64,000 nucleotides of DNA from Verrucomicrobiota bacterium (GTDB lineage: Bacteria > Verrucomicrobiota > Verrucomicrobiia > Limisphaerales > UBA11358): the NCBI GenBank assembly GCA_050012035.1, contig JBEKHY010000012.1:11110-75109 (forward strand), read 5' to 3'. The notes under the pieces are model-generated. The model did not search any database. It was not told where the DNA came from and saw nothing but the letters and a program-made list of their open reading frames with translations. How positions within the stretch are numbered: the first letter of the stretch is position 1; each line of letters starts with the position of its first letter. This document shows positions 29,335 through 39,080 of the stretch, in pieces. Made by a program: the position numbers and the translations under genes.

Positions 29335-29410
29335 GGGCCTGTAGCACACTGGTCAGAGCAGCCCCGAAAGCGTTCAGGGTTGGTCAGTTCAAATCCTGTC
29401 GCTCCGACCA
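29335..29410 (+). pseudogene. 76-nt tRNA-derived element ending in CCA (non-foldable; related to the tRNA-Met at 33261-33333)
   Basis: GGGCCTGTAGCACACTGGTCAGAGCA...TTGGTCAGTTCAAATCCTGTCGCTCCGACCA. The 5' third and the T-loop region match the tRNA-Met. The anticodon arm is replaced by a CCCCGAA-AGCG-TTCAGGG hairpin. The acceptor and T stems do not pair. Confidence 0.45.
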
Positions 29411-30122
29411 TTTTCCCTCGTTCGCCCCGGTGCGACTTCTGGGGAAACCAGCGACTTTAGCCCCTATCTAACGGGGGATTCTCACTTTTACTTGTCGGTG
29501 GAGGAGAGACAGCAAATGGCCCGTTTTGACCGGCTGCGACCGAATTTTGTGTGTCGAGTTGTGTATCATCTTTTGACGGACGGCCATGCGGTGGAAATTC
29601 AGTTTCTCAATCGCTTCTTTCAACGGCGGCATAATCCCGAAATCCAGCGATTGATGGTCGTTCGAAGTGATGCTCTGACTTGGAGGGAAGAGGCGCGATT
29701 AAAATCCGGGCGGGATCCTCGCGTGTCTTGTCTATTAGAACTACAACTCAGGTATCATAATATTACGGTCCGACTATTTTTCTTGTATTTTAAACCAGCA
29801 TCAGGTAATGTGCGGCTCGTTCTGGGAAAGTCAGGCTGGGACGCGTCTACCTCATCCATCAGGCGATGAGCATTGTGGCACCAGACAGACTGCGGGCGAG
29901 CAGGACGAAGCGGAGCCAGGCGTTTGCGAGCTTCGTTTTCGCAGGAAGGCGTTGTGAGTTTCAGGGCAGCGAAGTCGGGGCGCCCTGCGTGTGCCTGGAC
30001 TCGTTGCTGTCATCGTTTTTCCGCCTCTGCTGGTTCACCTGCACAGCGGTTGCCCGGGAAAAGCCACACGTCGCGTGGCACCAACAGACGGTCCGATTGA
30101 TAACCAGAAAGGAGCAAACACC

Positions 30123-32780
30123 ATGAAGTTTAACACACCGAAGAATCTCATTCTTGTAGCGCCGGCGTTGGCCGCGCTGACGCTCAGTCTAGGTGTTGTT
30201 CAGCCGGTAAGAGGCGCTTCTTTCCTCTACACCGGCCCGCTAAACACCGCACGCGTTTCTCACACGGCGACGTTGCTGCCCAATGGCCAGGTGCTGGTCG
30301 CGGGGGGCGGTATCACCGGCAGCAGTCTGGCTGGCGCCGAGCTGTATGATCCGGCCAGCGGGACGTGGACGGCGACCAACTCGCTGAACACCGCACGCGA
30401 ATCTCACACGGCGACGCTGCTGCCCAATGGCCAGGTGCTGGTCGCGGGGGGCTGGGGCAACAGCGGCTATCTGGCCAGCGCCGAGCTGTATGATCCGGCC
30501 AGCGGGACGTGGACGGCGACCAACTCGCTGAATACCGCACGCGAGTCTCACACGGCGACGCTGCTGCCCAATGGCCAGGTGCTGGTCGCGGGGGGCTGGA
30601 ACGGCAGCAGTGTTCTGGCCAGCGCCGAGCTGTATGATCCGGCCAGCGGGACGTGGACGGCGACCGGCTCGCTGAACAACGCACGCGAGTATCACACGGC
30701 GACGCTGCTGCCCAATGGCCAGGTGCTGGTCGCGGGGGGCTGGAACGGCAGTAGTGTTCTGGCCAGCGCCGAGCTGTACGACCCGGCCAGCGGGACGTGG
30801 ACGGCGACCAACTCGCTGAACACGGCACGCTATGATCACACGGCAACGTTGCTGCCTAATGGCAAGGTGTTGGTCGCGGGGGGCTGGGGCGCCAGCGGCG
30901 TTCTGACCAACGCGGAGCTGTATGATCCGGCCAGCGGGACGTGGACGGCGACCGGCTCGCTGAAGATCGCACGCTCTGTTCACACGGCGACATTGCTGCC
31001 CAATGGCCAGGTGCTGATCGCGGGCGGCTATAACATCCTCAGCGGCTATCAGATCAGCGCCGAGTTGTATGATCCGGTCAGCGAGACGTGGACGGCGGCC
31101 GGCTCGCTGAACACTGCCCGCGGTAATCAGCCGGCGACGTTGTTGCCTGATGGGAAGGTGCTGGTCGCGGGGGGGTGGAACGGCAGCAGTGTTCTTGGCA
31201 GCGCTGAGCTGTATGATCCAGCCGGCGGGATGTGGACGGCGACCGGCTCGCTGAAAACCGCCCGCTATGATCATACCACCACATTACTGCCCAATGGGAA
31301 GGTACTGGTCGCGGGGGGCTGGACCAATACCAGCGGCTATCTGGCCAGCGCCGAGCTGTATGATCCAGCCAGCGGGACGTGGACGAACACCGGCTCGCTG
31401 AACACCGCACGCGGTGATCACACGGCGACGTTGCTGCCCAATGGCCAGGTGCTGGTCGCGGGGGGGTGGGGTGCCAGCGGCGTTCTGACCAACGCGGAGC
31501 TATACGATCCGGCCGGCGGGACGTGGACGAACACCGGCTCGCTGAACACCGGACGCTATCTGCACCCGGCAACGTTGCTGCCCAATGGGAAGGTGCTGGT
31601 CGCGGGGGGCTGGAACGATAGCGGCGGCTATCTGGCCAGTGCTGAGTTGTACGATCCGGCCAGCGGGACGTGGACGGTGACCGGCTCGCTGAGCACGGCA
31701 CGCGAGTACCCCACGGCGACGTTGCTGCCCAATGGCAAGGTGCTGGCCGCGGGCGGTTATAACAACGGCAGCGGCTATCTGGCCAGCGCCGAGTTGTATG
31801 ATCCGGCCAAAGGGACGTGGACGAACACCGGCTCGTTGAACACGGCACGCGAATTTCCCGCGACGGCGTTGTTGCCCAATGGCAAAGTGCTGGTCGCGGG
31901 GGGGTTTAACAATAACATCTACTATCTGGTCAGCGCCGAGCTGTATGATCCGGTCAGCGGGACGTGGACGGTGACCGGCTCGCTGAACACGGCACGCGAG
32001 TATCCCACGGCGACGTTGCTGCCCAATGGCAAGGTGCTGGTCGCGGGTGGTTATAAAAGCAGCAGCGGCTATCTGGCCAGTGTTGAGCTGTATGATCCGG
32101 CCAGTGGGACGTGGGTGGCGACCGATTCGCTGGACACCGCACGCGAGTCTCCCCCGGCGACGTTGCTGCCCAATGGCAGGGTGCTGGTCGCGGGGGGCTG
32201 GGGTACCAGCGGCTATCTTGCCGACGCCGAGCTGTATGATGTCGGTCTGGGCTTCAATGCCTCCTGGCGGCCGCAAATCGCCACGGTCACTTCGCCGCTC
32301 TTAAATGGTAGGAGCTTGGCGCTCACCGGCTCCCGGTTCCGAGGCGTGTCCGAAGGTTCGGGCGGCAATACTCAAGATTCACCGGCTGATTATCCGGTGG
32401 TGCAATTGCGGAGTTTGGGAAACGAGCAGACCTTGTTCTTGTCGCCCATGAATTGGTCAACGAATTCGTACAACTCCGCGCCAGTGACCGGTTTGCCGCC
32501 CGGCTATGCGCTGGTGACGGTGTTCGTCAATGGCATACCCAGCGCGGCGAGTATCCTCAGCATCGGTGCGCTGCCGCTGCTTAACATCACGTACTCCGGC
32601 AACAGCGTTGTCGTCTTCTGGCCATCGGCTTCGACGGGCTGGACGTTGCAGCAAAGGTCCAATCTGGCGGCAGGCAGTTGGGCCACCAACAGCTTTACCG
32701 TTTCCGACGACGGCACGAACAAGAGCATCACCATCACGTCACCAACGGGGAATCTGTTTTTCCGGCTGTATAGCCCATAA
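30123..32780 (+). CDS. secreted Kelch-repeat protein (about 14 blades) with C-terminal beta-sandwich domains
   Basis: ORF 29991..32780. I chose ATG 30123, preceded by AAAGGAG, giving a signal peptide MKFNTPKNLILVAPALAALTLSLG. There are 13 full ELYDPxSGTW..TGSLNTAR..HTATLLPNGxVLVAGG repeats plus flanking partial blades. Confidence 0.9.
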   Translation: MKFNTPKNLILVAPALAALTLSLGVVQPVRGASFLYTGPLNTARVSHTATLLPNGQVLVAGGGITGSSLAGAELYDPASGTWTATNSLNTARESHTATLLPNGQVLVAGGWGNSGYLASAELYDPASGTWTATNSLNTARESHTATLLPNGQVLVAGGWNGSSVLASAELYDPASGTWTATGSLNNAREYHTATLLPNGQVLVAGGWNGSSVLASAELYDPASGTWTATNSLNTARYDHTATLLPNGKVLVAGGWGASGVLTNAELYDPASGTWTATGSLKIARSVHTATLLPNGQVLIAGGYNILSGYQISAELYDPVSETWTAAGSLNTARGNQPATLLPDGKVLVAGGWNGSSVLGSAELYDPAGGMWTATGSLKTARYDHTTTLLPNGKVLVAGGWTNTSGYLASAELYDPASGTWTNTGSLNTARGDHTATLLPNGQVLVAGGWGASGVLTNAELYDPAGGTWTNTGSLNTGRYLHPATLLPNGKVLVAGGWNDSGGYLASAELYDPASGTWTVTGSLSTAREYPTATLLPNGKVLAAGGYNNGSGYLASAELYDPAKGTWTNTGSLNTAREFPATALLPNGKVLVAGGFNNNIYYLVSAELYDPVSGTWTVTGSLNTAREYPTATLLPNGKVLVAGGYKSSSGYLASVELYDPASGTWVATDSLDTARESPPATLLPNGRVLVAGGWGTSGYLADAELYDVGLGFNASWRPQIATVTSPLLNGRSLALTGSRFRGVSEGSGGNTQDSPADYPVVQLRSLGNEQTLFLSPMNWSTNSYNSAPVTGLPPGYALVTVFVNGIPSAASILSIGALPLLNITYSGNSVVVFWPSASTGWTLQQRSNLAAGSWATNSFTVSDDGTNKSITITSPTGNLFFRLYSP
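30225..32245 (+). repeat. intragenic tandem repeat, unit 144-150 bp (Kelch blades)
   Basis: GCCGAGCTGTATGATCC recurs at 30336, 30480, 30624, 30768, 30912, 31059 and onward. Units 30336-30479 and 30480-30623 differ at only 2 positions over their first ~115 nt. Confidence 0.9.
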
Positions 32781-32906
32781 TTCGAAGTGCGGCGGCTGGA
32801 TGTCCCTTTCCCCGGCAGCGCGGTCGCGTCGCCTCGCAGTGAAATTTTGCCGTGCCGATTAACTGATGGAGACGCCGCCTGATTTGTGGAAAATGAAGGT
32901 GCAACA

Positions 32907-33096
32907 ATGAGTAATAAGACCAGCTAACCGAAAAACTTCGTCTATCCGGAAACCACTTCTGGAGCACGCGCGGCCAAGCGGGTGCGCGCGGAAGCCAACA
33001 AGCTGCTGTAGCATCGGCGTGAAGAACTTTTCAAACGCGGAATGCAAACCATTTATAGCGGCACGGGGACAAAAAACTGTTGGCGCTGGACATTAA
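32907..33096 (+). pseudogene. decayed small ORF (antitoxin-like), with two in-frame stops and a frameshift
   Basis: MSNKTS*PKNFVYPETTSGARAAKRVRAEANKLL*HRREELFKRGMQTIYSGTGTK, with TAA at 32925 and TAG at 33009. After the A6 run (33071-33076) the +1 frame gives ..KTVGAGH* ending at 33096. A TTG-initiated 73-codon ORF (33080..33301) follows and runs into the tRNA. Confidence 0.4.
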
Positions 33097-33260
33097 CCGG
33101 TTGTCCGGCTTGGCTGCTGAAAAGGATTTCATCCACGCCTTCCACGAAGTGTATCAGGAACGGGGGTATTCGCTGGCAGTCCCGCCGGCGGCCATTCAGG
33201 AATTGGCGTATTGCGCCCTGGAGAAGCGAAGCGACGAAACACCGCTGGCCTTGAAAGCTC

Positions 33261-33333
33261 TGGGCCCGACAGGATTTGAACCTGTGACCAAGCGATTATG
33301 AGTCGCCTGCTCTAACCACTGAGCTACGGGCCC
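33261..33333 (-). tRNA. tRNA-Met (anticodon CAT; elongator-type, or possibly Ile2 if lysidinylated)
   Basis: The reverse complement folds as a clean cloverleaf: GGGCCCG TA GCTC AGTGGTTA GAGC A GGCGA CTCATAA TCGCT TGGTC ACAGG TTCAAAT CCTGT CGGGCCC A. CCA is not encoded. Confidence 0.9.
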
Positions 33334-33374
33334 GAAGTGAAATCATTTTGCGCCGGCCCGGGCGCGCGACAAGT

Positions 33375-35135
<1,761 letters not shown>

Positions 35136-35251
35136 ACAACACTCAATACTCCACGCCCGCTGACCGAAAGTGGTAGGTTAATATCAATTGTCATTTCCAT
35201 TTCGTCAAGCGGGGAAACGCCGGGTTCGGAAAGCCGCAGGTGCCAAGGTGT

Positions 35252-36580
35252 TTAGATGTCATACACAATGTAAATTTGCCGTTTCTTGAGATGTTCCAGG
35301 ATCATTTCCAGGGTGCGGTCAATCGCGCCGAGATTTTCGCGAACGACCTTAAGCGCATTGCGACCCAATTCCGCACGGCGCTTTTCGTCAGCGAGCAATT
35401 CCGCGACGGCGTTCTCCAACGTTCCCGGGTCTTGCACCTGGATCGCCGCGTTTCGCGCCAGAAAGCTCCGCGCGATGTCGGCAAAATTTTGCATGTTCGG
35501 CCCGAAAATCATCGCCTTGCCGAGTGCGCCCGGCTCAATCGGGTTCTGTCCGCCCGTGGCCGTCAGGCTTTTGCCGACGAATACCACGGTCGCCGTCCGG
35601 TAAAAAAACCGCAGCTCGCCGGTCGTGTTGACCAGCAGGCAATTCGCCTCCCCTTCGTGAAATTGCGTGCTGGCGGCAATTTCATTGCGATAAACAAACT
35701 TCACGCCGCGCTCGCGCAGTTGCCGCCCGACTTCCCGGCAACGTTCGAAGTGCCGCGGCACCAAAATGAGAAACAATTTCGGGAACCGCGTGCGGAGCCG
35801 CTTCGCCATTTCCGCCAAAATCATCTCCTCGCCGTCATGCGTGCTGCCGCCAATCAAAACCGGGGCGTCCCGCGTCACGCCGAGTTGCCGCAACAGCGCG
35901 GACGCGTCCAGCCTGCGGCGCTCGTCCAGTTTCGCCGCGTCAAATTTCAGGTTCCCCACGACCCGAACCGCCTCCGGGCGGCAGCCGACCTCGCGCAACC
36001 GCGCGGCGTCCGCCTCGTTTTGCGCGCCGACGCCGGCCAACGACGCAAAGAGCGGTCGGAACAAAAACCCGAAGCGTTTGTACCCGCGGAACGAGCGGTC
36101 GGACAGTCGCGCGTTGGTCAGAAACACCGGGATGCCCAGCGCCTGCGCGCGCCAGAGGAAGTTTGGCCAGATCTCGGCCTCGACGAGCACAATGGCTTCC
36201 GGCTTGATGGTGCCCAGGGCATGGGACACCCAACCGCGCCGGTCAATGGGATAGTAAATTTTGATGACGTGCGTGGGCAAATGGCGGCGCAGTTCGGCCA
36301 TCCCGGTGGTTGTGGTGGTGGACACGACGACGGTGACATTGGGCAGGCGCGGCTCCAGCGCCCGGATGAGTTGCGTGCAGAGATTGACTTCGCCGACACT
36401 GACGGCGTGGAGCCAGAGGACATGGCGGTTCGTCAGCGCCTGGTTGACGTTCTCGTCGAAGCGACCGAAGCGCTGGAAAAAACCGGGCAGCCAGCCGCCG
36501 CGTCGCCACATGCGCATGAAGTAATACGGCGACGACAGCACGAAAAAAATCGTGAACAGAATGTTGTAAAGCGTTCGCAC
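35252..36580 (-). CDS. waaA: 3-deoxy-D-manno-octulosonic acid (Kdo) transferase
   Basis: 442 aa. The N-terminal membrane anchor, LWLHAVSVGEVN and the GGS...GGQNPIEP motifs are typical of WaaA/KdtA. Confidence 0.9.
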   Translation of the reverse strand: MRTLYNILFTIFFVLSSPYYFMRMWRRGGWLPGFFQRFGRFDENVNQALTNRHVLWLHAVSVGEVNLCTQLIRALEPRLPNVTVVVSTTTTTGMAELRRHLPTHVIKIYYPIDRRGWVSHALGTIKPEAIVLVEAEIWPNFLWRAQALGIPVFLTNARLSDRSFRGYKRFGFLFRPLFASLAGVGAQNEADAARLREVGCRPEAVRVVGNLKFDAAKLDERRRLDASALLRQLGVTRDAPVLIGGSTHDGEEMILAEMAKRLRTRFPKLFLILVPRHFERCREVGRQLRERGVKFVYRNEIAASTQFHEGEANCLLVNTTGELRFFYRTATVVFVGKSLTATGGQNPIEPGALGKAMIFGPNMQNFADIARSFLARNAAIQVQDPGTLENAVAELLADEKRRAELGRNALKVVRENLGAIDRTLEMILEHLKKRQIYIVYDI

Positions 36581-36660
36581 TCTGATGTCCTGAACAGCAA
36601 CAGTTTATATTCCCACAAAAAGGCGGTTTGCGCAAAAAATGTGTTGCGAGGGTAACACCT

Positions 36661-37917
36661 TCAACTGCGAAAGAAAAGCAGCCAGACCGCCAGTAATGCC
36701 GGCAGCAGAAACGGCAGCGTGAATTTGCAGATAAATTCCAGAAACGCGGGCGCGCGGATTTTTTGCCGGTCGGCGATGGCTTTGATCATGAAATTGGGGC
36801 CGTTGCCGATGTAAGTCGCCGCGCCGAAGAAAACCGCGCCCACACTGATGGCGAGCAGGCTCGCCGGGTTTTGATTCAACACTTCCGGGATTTCCTTCAC
36901 GCCGGTCATGCCGAAAAGCGCATTCAGAAAACCGAGATACGTCGGCGCGTTGTCGAGCATGCTGGACAAAATGCCCGTGCCCCAAAAGAAAATTCCGGGC
37001 GAGGGATGGTCGCCGAGCAACGAACGGGCGTTGAGATGGAGCCAGTCGAGCGCGGGCATCATCGTGGCAAAAATGCCGGCGAACAAAACGGCGACCTCCC
37101 GAACTGGATGAAAACTGAAATCGTTGGCCGCATGGACGGTTTTTGGGGTAGTGAAATATGAGCCGAGCGCGGCGGCAAGCATCAAGGCCTCGCGTAGAAA
37201 AATCGGACGGGCCACAAAAACCGCGCCGAGGATGACGGCGAGAAAAAACAGGTTCGCCAGGCCATCGCAACGCCACGTTTCCTGCGCCGTTTCCTTTTCG
37301 CGCACGGTGCGCGGCGCGCGCGAAAAATTGAGCCGGTCAACGATGTAGAACATCACCAGCAAGATACCGACACCCGTCGCCCACATCGGCCAGCAGTTTT
37401 TGGCGACCCACCAGAATGGCACGCCCTGCAGATAGCCAAGAAAGAGCGGCGGGTCGCCGACGGGCGTGAGGCAGCCGCCGGCGTTGGCGACGATGAAAAT
37501 AAAAAAAACGATGTGATGCGCCGTGACACGGTATTGGTTCATCCGAATCCACGGACGAATCAGCAGCATCGCCGCACCGGTGGTGCCCAAAACGTTGGCG
37601 ACGGTGGCGCCGAGGAACAGAAAAATCACATTCGCCAGCGGCGTAGCTTCACCCTTGACGCGGATATGGATGCCGCCGGAGACGACGAAAAGCGAGCCGA
37701 TAAGCGCGATGAAACCGGCGTAGTCGTGCGCCGTGTGCAGCACGCGGGGCGCATCACGCAAAACGAGCAGGTAATAACCGAGCGTGACCGCGCCGAGGCC
37801 GAAAGCGACTTTGGCATAATGGCGCAGCCACCATTGTGGTGCATGCAATGGCGCCAGCGCCATCGCGCCAAGCAGCAGCGCGAACGGCAGAATCATCCAG
37901 GGATTGGGCGTTGCCAT
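36661..37917 (-). CDS. ion transporter of the ArsB/NhaD (citrate-transporter-like) permease superfamily
   Basis: ORF 36661..38046. I chose ATG 37917 (MATPNPWMILPFALLLGAMALAP). It has about 11 TM helices. The family assignment is by overall similarity, from memory. Confidence 0.6.
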   Translation of the reverse strand: MATPNPWMILPFALLLGAMALAPLHAPQWWLRHYAKVAFGLGAVTLGYYLLVLRDAPRVLHTAHDYAGFIALIGSLFVVSGGIHIRVKGEATPLANVIFLFLGATVANVLGTTGAAMLLIRPWIRMNQYRVTAHHIVFFIFIVANAGGCLTPVGDPPLFLGYLQGVPFWWVAKNCWPMWATGVGILLVMFYIVDRLNFSRAPRTVREKETAQETWRCDGLANLFFLAVILGAVFVARPIFLREALMLAAALGSYFTTPKTVHAANDFSFHPVREVAVLFAGIFATMMPALDWLHLNARSLLGDHPSPGIFFWGTGILSSMLDNAPTYLGFLNALFGMTGVKEIPEVLNQNPASLLAISVGAVFFGAATYIGNGPNFMIKAIADRQKIRAPAFLEFICKFTLPFLLPALLAVWLLFFRS

Positions 37918-38060
37918 TTGTGTGCAAGGTTGCGCGGGCGGAGGAAACCGGGTCAAACAGAAACGCCCAGGATTTGAGTTGAACTCGGGCATGTGGTTCG
38001 TAAGAATGCGCGCCGCTCGTGAAATTTCACCTGAATTACAAACCATCAGCCATTGAATTG

Positions 38061-39041
38061 ATGTTTATGAAAAAATCCATTTTGAGGATTGCCGGGCTGG
38101 CCGCGTTGCTGGCGCTGGCATTGGCGCAAAATGTGCCGGCAACGGAAAACGTCCCGCACGCGCCCTTCGCAGAATGGGCGGATGTGCCGCAGCCGGGCCA
38201 GTTGATCGCGGGCTTTTTTTACGATGAATCGGAGGCATATCACATCTGGGCGAACGGTGGGCAGCGCTACAACATTGATTCCCCCGTCGATGGCGAGCAC
38301 TACGGCATTGACATCAATCAAGGCTGGTTCACGTTTCAATACGGCATCACCAAAAGATGGGCTGCGGACTTGAACGTCGGTGCGACGACGGCCGGCTGGC
38401 GCTCGTTTGATTATCAAGGCCGGACCGCGCCAGACATCCGCTCGACGACGGGTTTGATGGATTATTCCTTTGGCGTGCGCTACCAGATTTTCAACGAAGA
38501 CACAGACACCAACTCGCCGTGGATTCCAACGCTGACGTTCCGTGCCGGTGCCGTGCTGCCGGGCAGCTACAGCCAGAATTTTCCGTTTGCGCCGGGCGTG
38601 CGTTCGGCGGCGATCGAACCGGAACTGCTGGCGAAGAAACATTTCGGCTGGCCGGGCTTCGGCGCGTATGCGGACGCGTTGTATCGCTGGAACCGGACGA
38701 CGGCCAACGACCAGGTCATTGCCTCGGTCGGCTTCTCCCAGCAAATCAAGGGTTGGGAATTGGATGCGGGTTACCGTCATTTGCAGACGATTGGAGGCGT
38801 GGATTTGGTCTATGATCCAACCAGCGGCCAAATTTCAACCACCGGTTCTGATCCCAATGCTTTTGCCGAACTGCGCGAAATCAACGATTCTGTCGAGGCG
38901 GGTTTCAGCTACACCACCTCCAAGCGGCACATCAAGTATTCGTTCTACACGCGCACCGTTTTCAACGGCAACAACAGCGACCAGAAATTCTGGATTGGCG
39001 GGGGCGTCTCAATGCCGTTCCAGATCCTCAAGCGCGACTGA
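38061..39041 (+). CDS. exported/outer-membrane protein, unknown function
   Basis: ORF 38019..39041. I chose ATG 38061 (MFMKKSILRIAGLAALLALALA is a signal peptide). Beta-rich composition. Confidence 0.45.
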   Translation: MFMKKSILRIAGLAALLALALAQNVPATENVPHAPFAEWADVPQPGQLIAGFFYDESEAYHIWANGGQRYNIDSPVDGEHYGIDINQGWFTFQYGITKRWAADLNVGATTAGWRSFDYQGRTAPDIRSTTGLMDYSFGVRYQIFNEDTDTNSPWIPTLTFRAGAVLPGSYSQNFPFAPGVRSAAIEPELLAKKHFGWPGFGAYADALYRWNRTTANDQVIASVGFSQQIKGWELDAGYRHLQTIGGVDLVYDPTSGQISTTGSDPNAFAELREINDSVEAGFSYTTSKRHIKYSFYTRTVFNGNNSDQKFWIGGGVSMPFQILKRD

Positions 39042-39080
39042 CGGCAAATCCGCTTGTCTCCCGGCGGCTGATTTGGTCAA

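Noticed and set aside
29492-29869. The 125-aa plus-strand ORF in the Kelch leader region.
   Set aside because: It has a non-ATG start, atypical composition, no motifs, and overlaps the lower-GC non-coding stretch. It was not convincing as a gene.
30225-32245. A regular repeat array that might be mistaken for a CRISPR or satellite.
   Set aside because: The units are 144-150 bp, contiguous and in frame, and encode Kelch blades within one ORF. There is no spacer/repeat alternation.
32925-33011. In-frame TAA and TAG in the small ORF 32907.. as possible programmed read-through or recoding.
   Set aside because: Two different stop codons plus a frameshift in a 190-nt ORF, next to a truncated partner and a tRNA, are more simply explained by pseudogenisation. 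There is no recoding signal.
33334-33374. The GCGCC-GGCCCG-GGCGC hairpin between rpoD and the tRNA-Met as a rho-independent terminator.
   Set aside because: On the transcribed (minus) strand the hairpin is followed by AAAATGATTT rather than a U-tract, so I did not call it.
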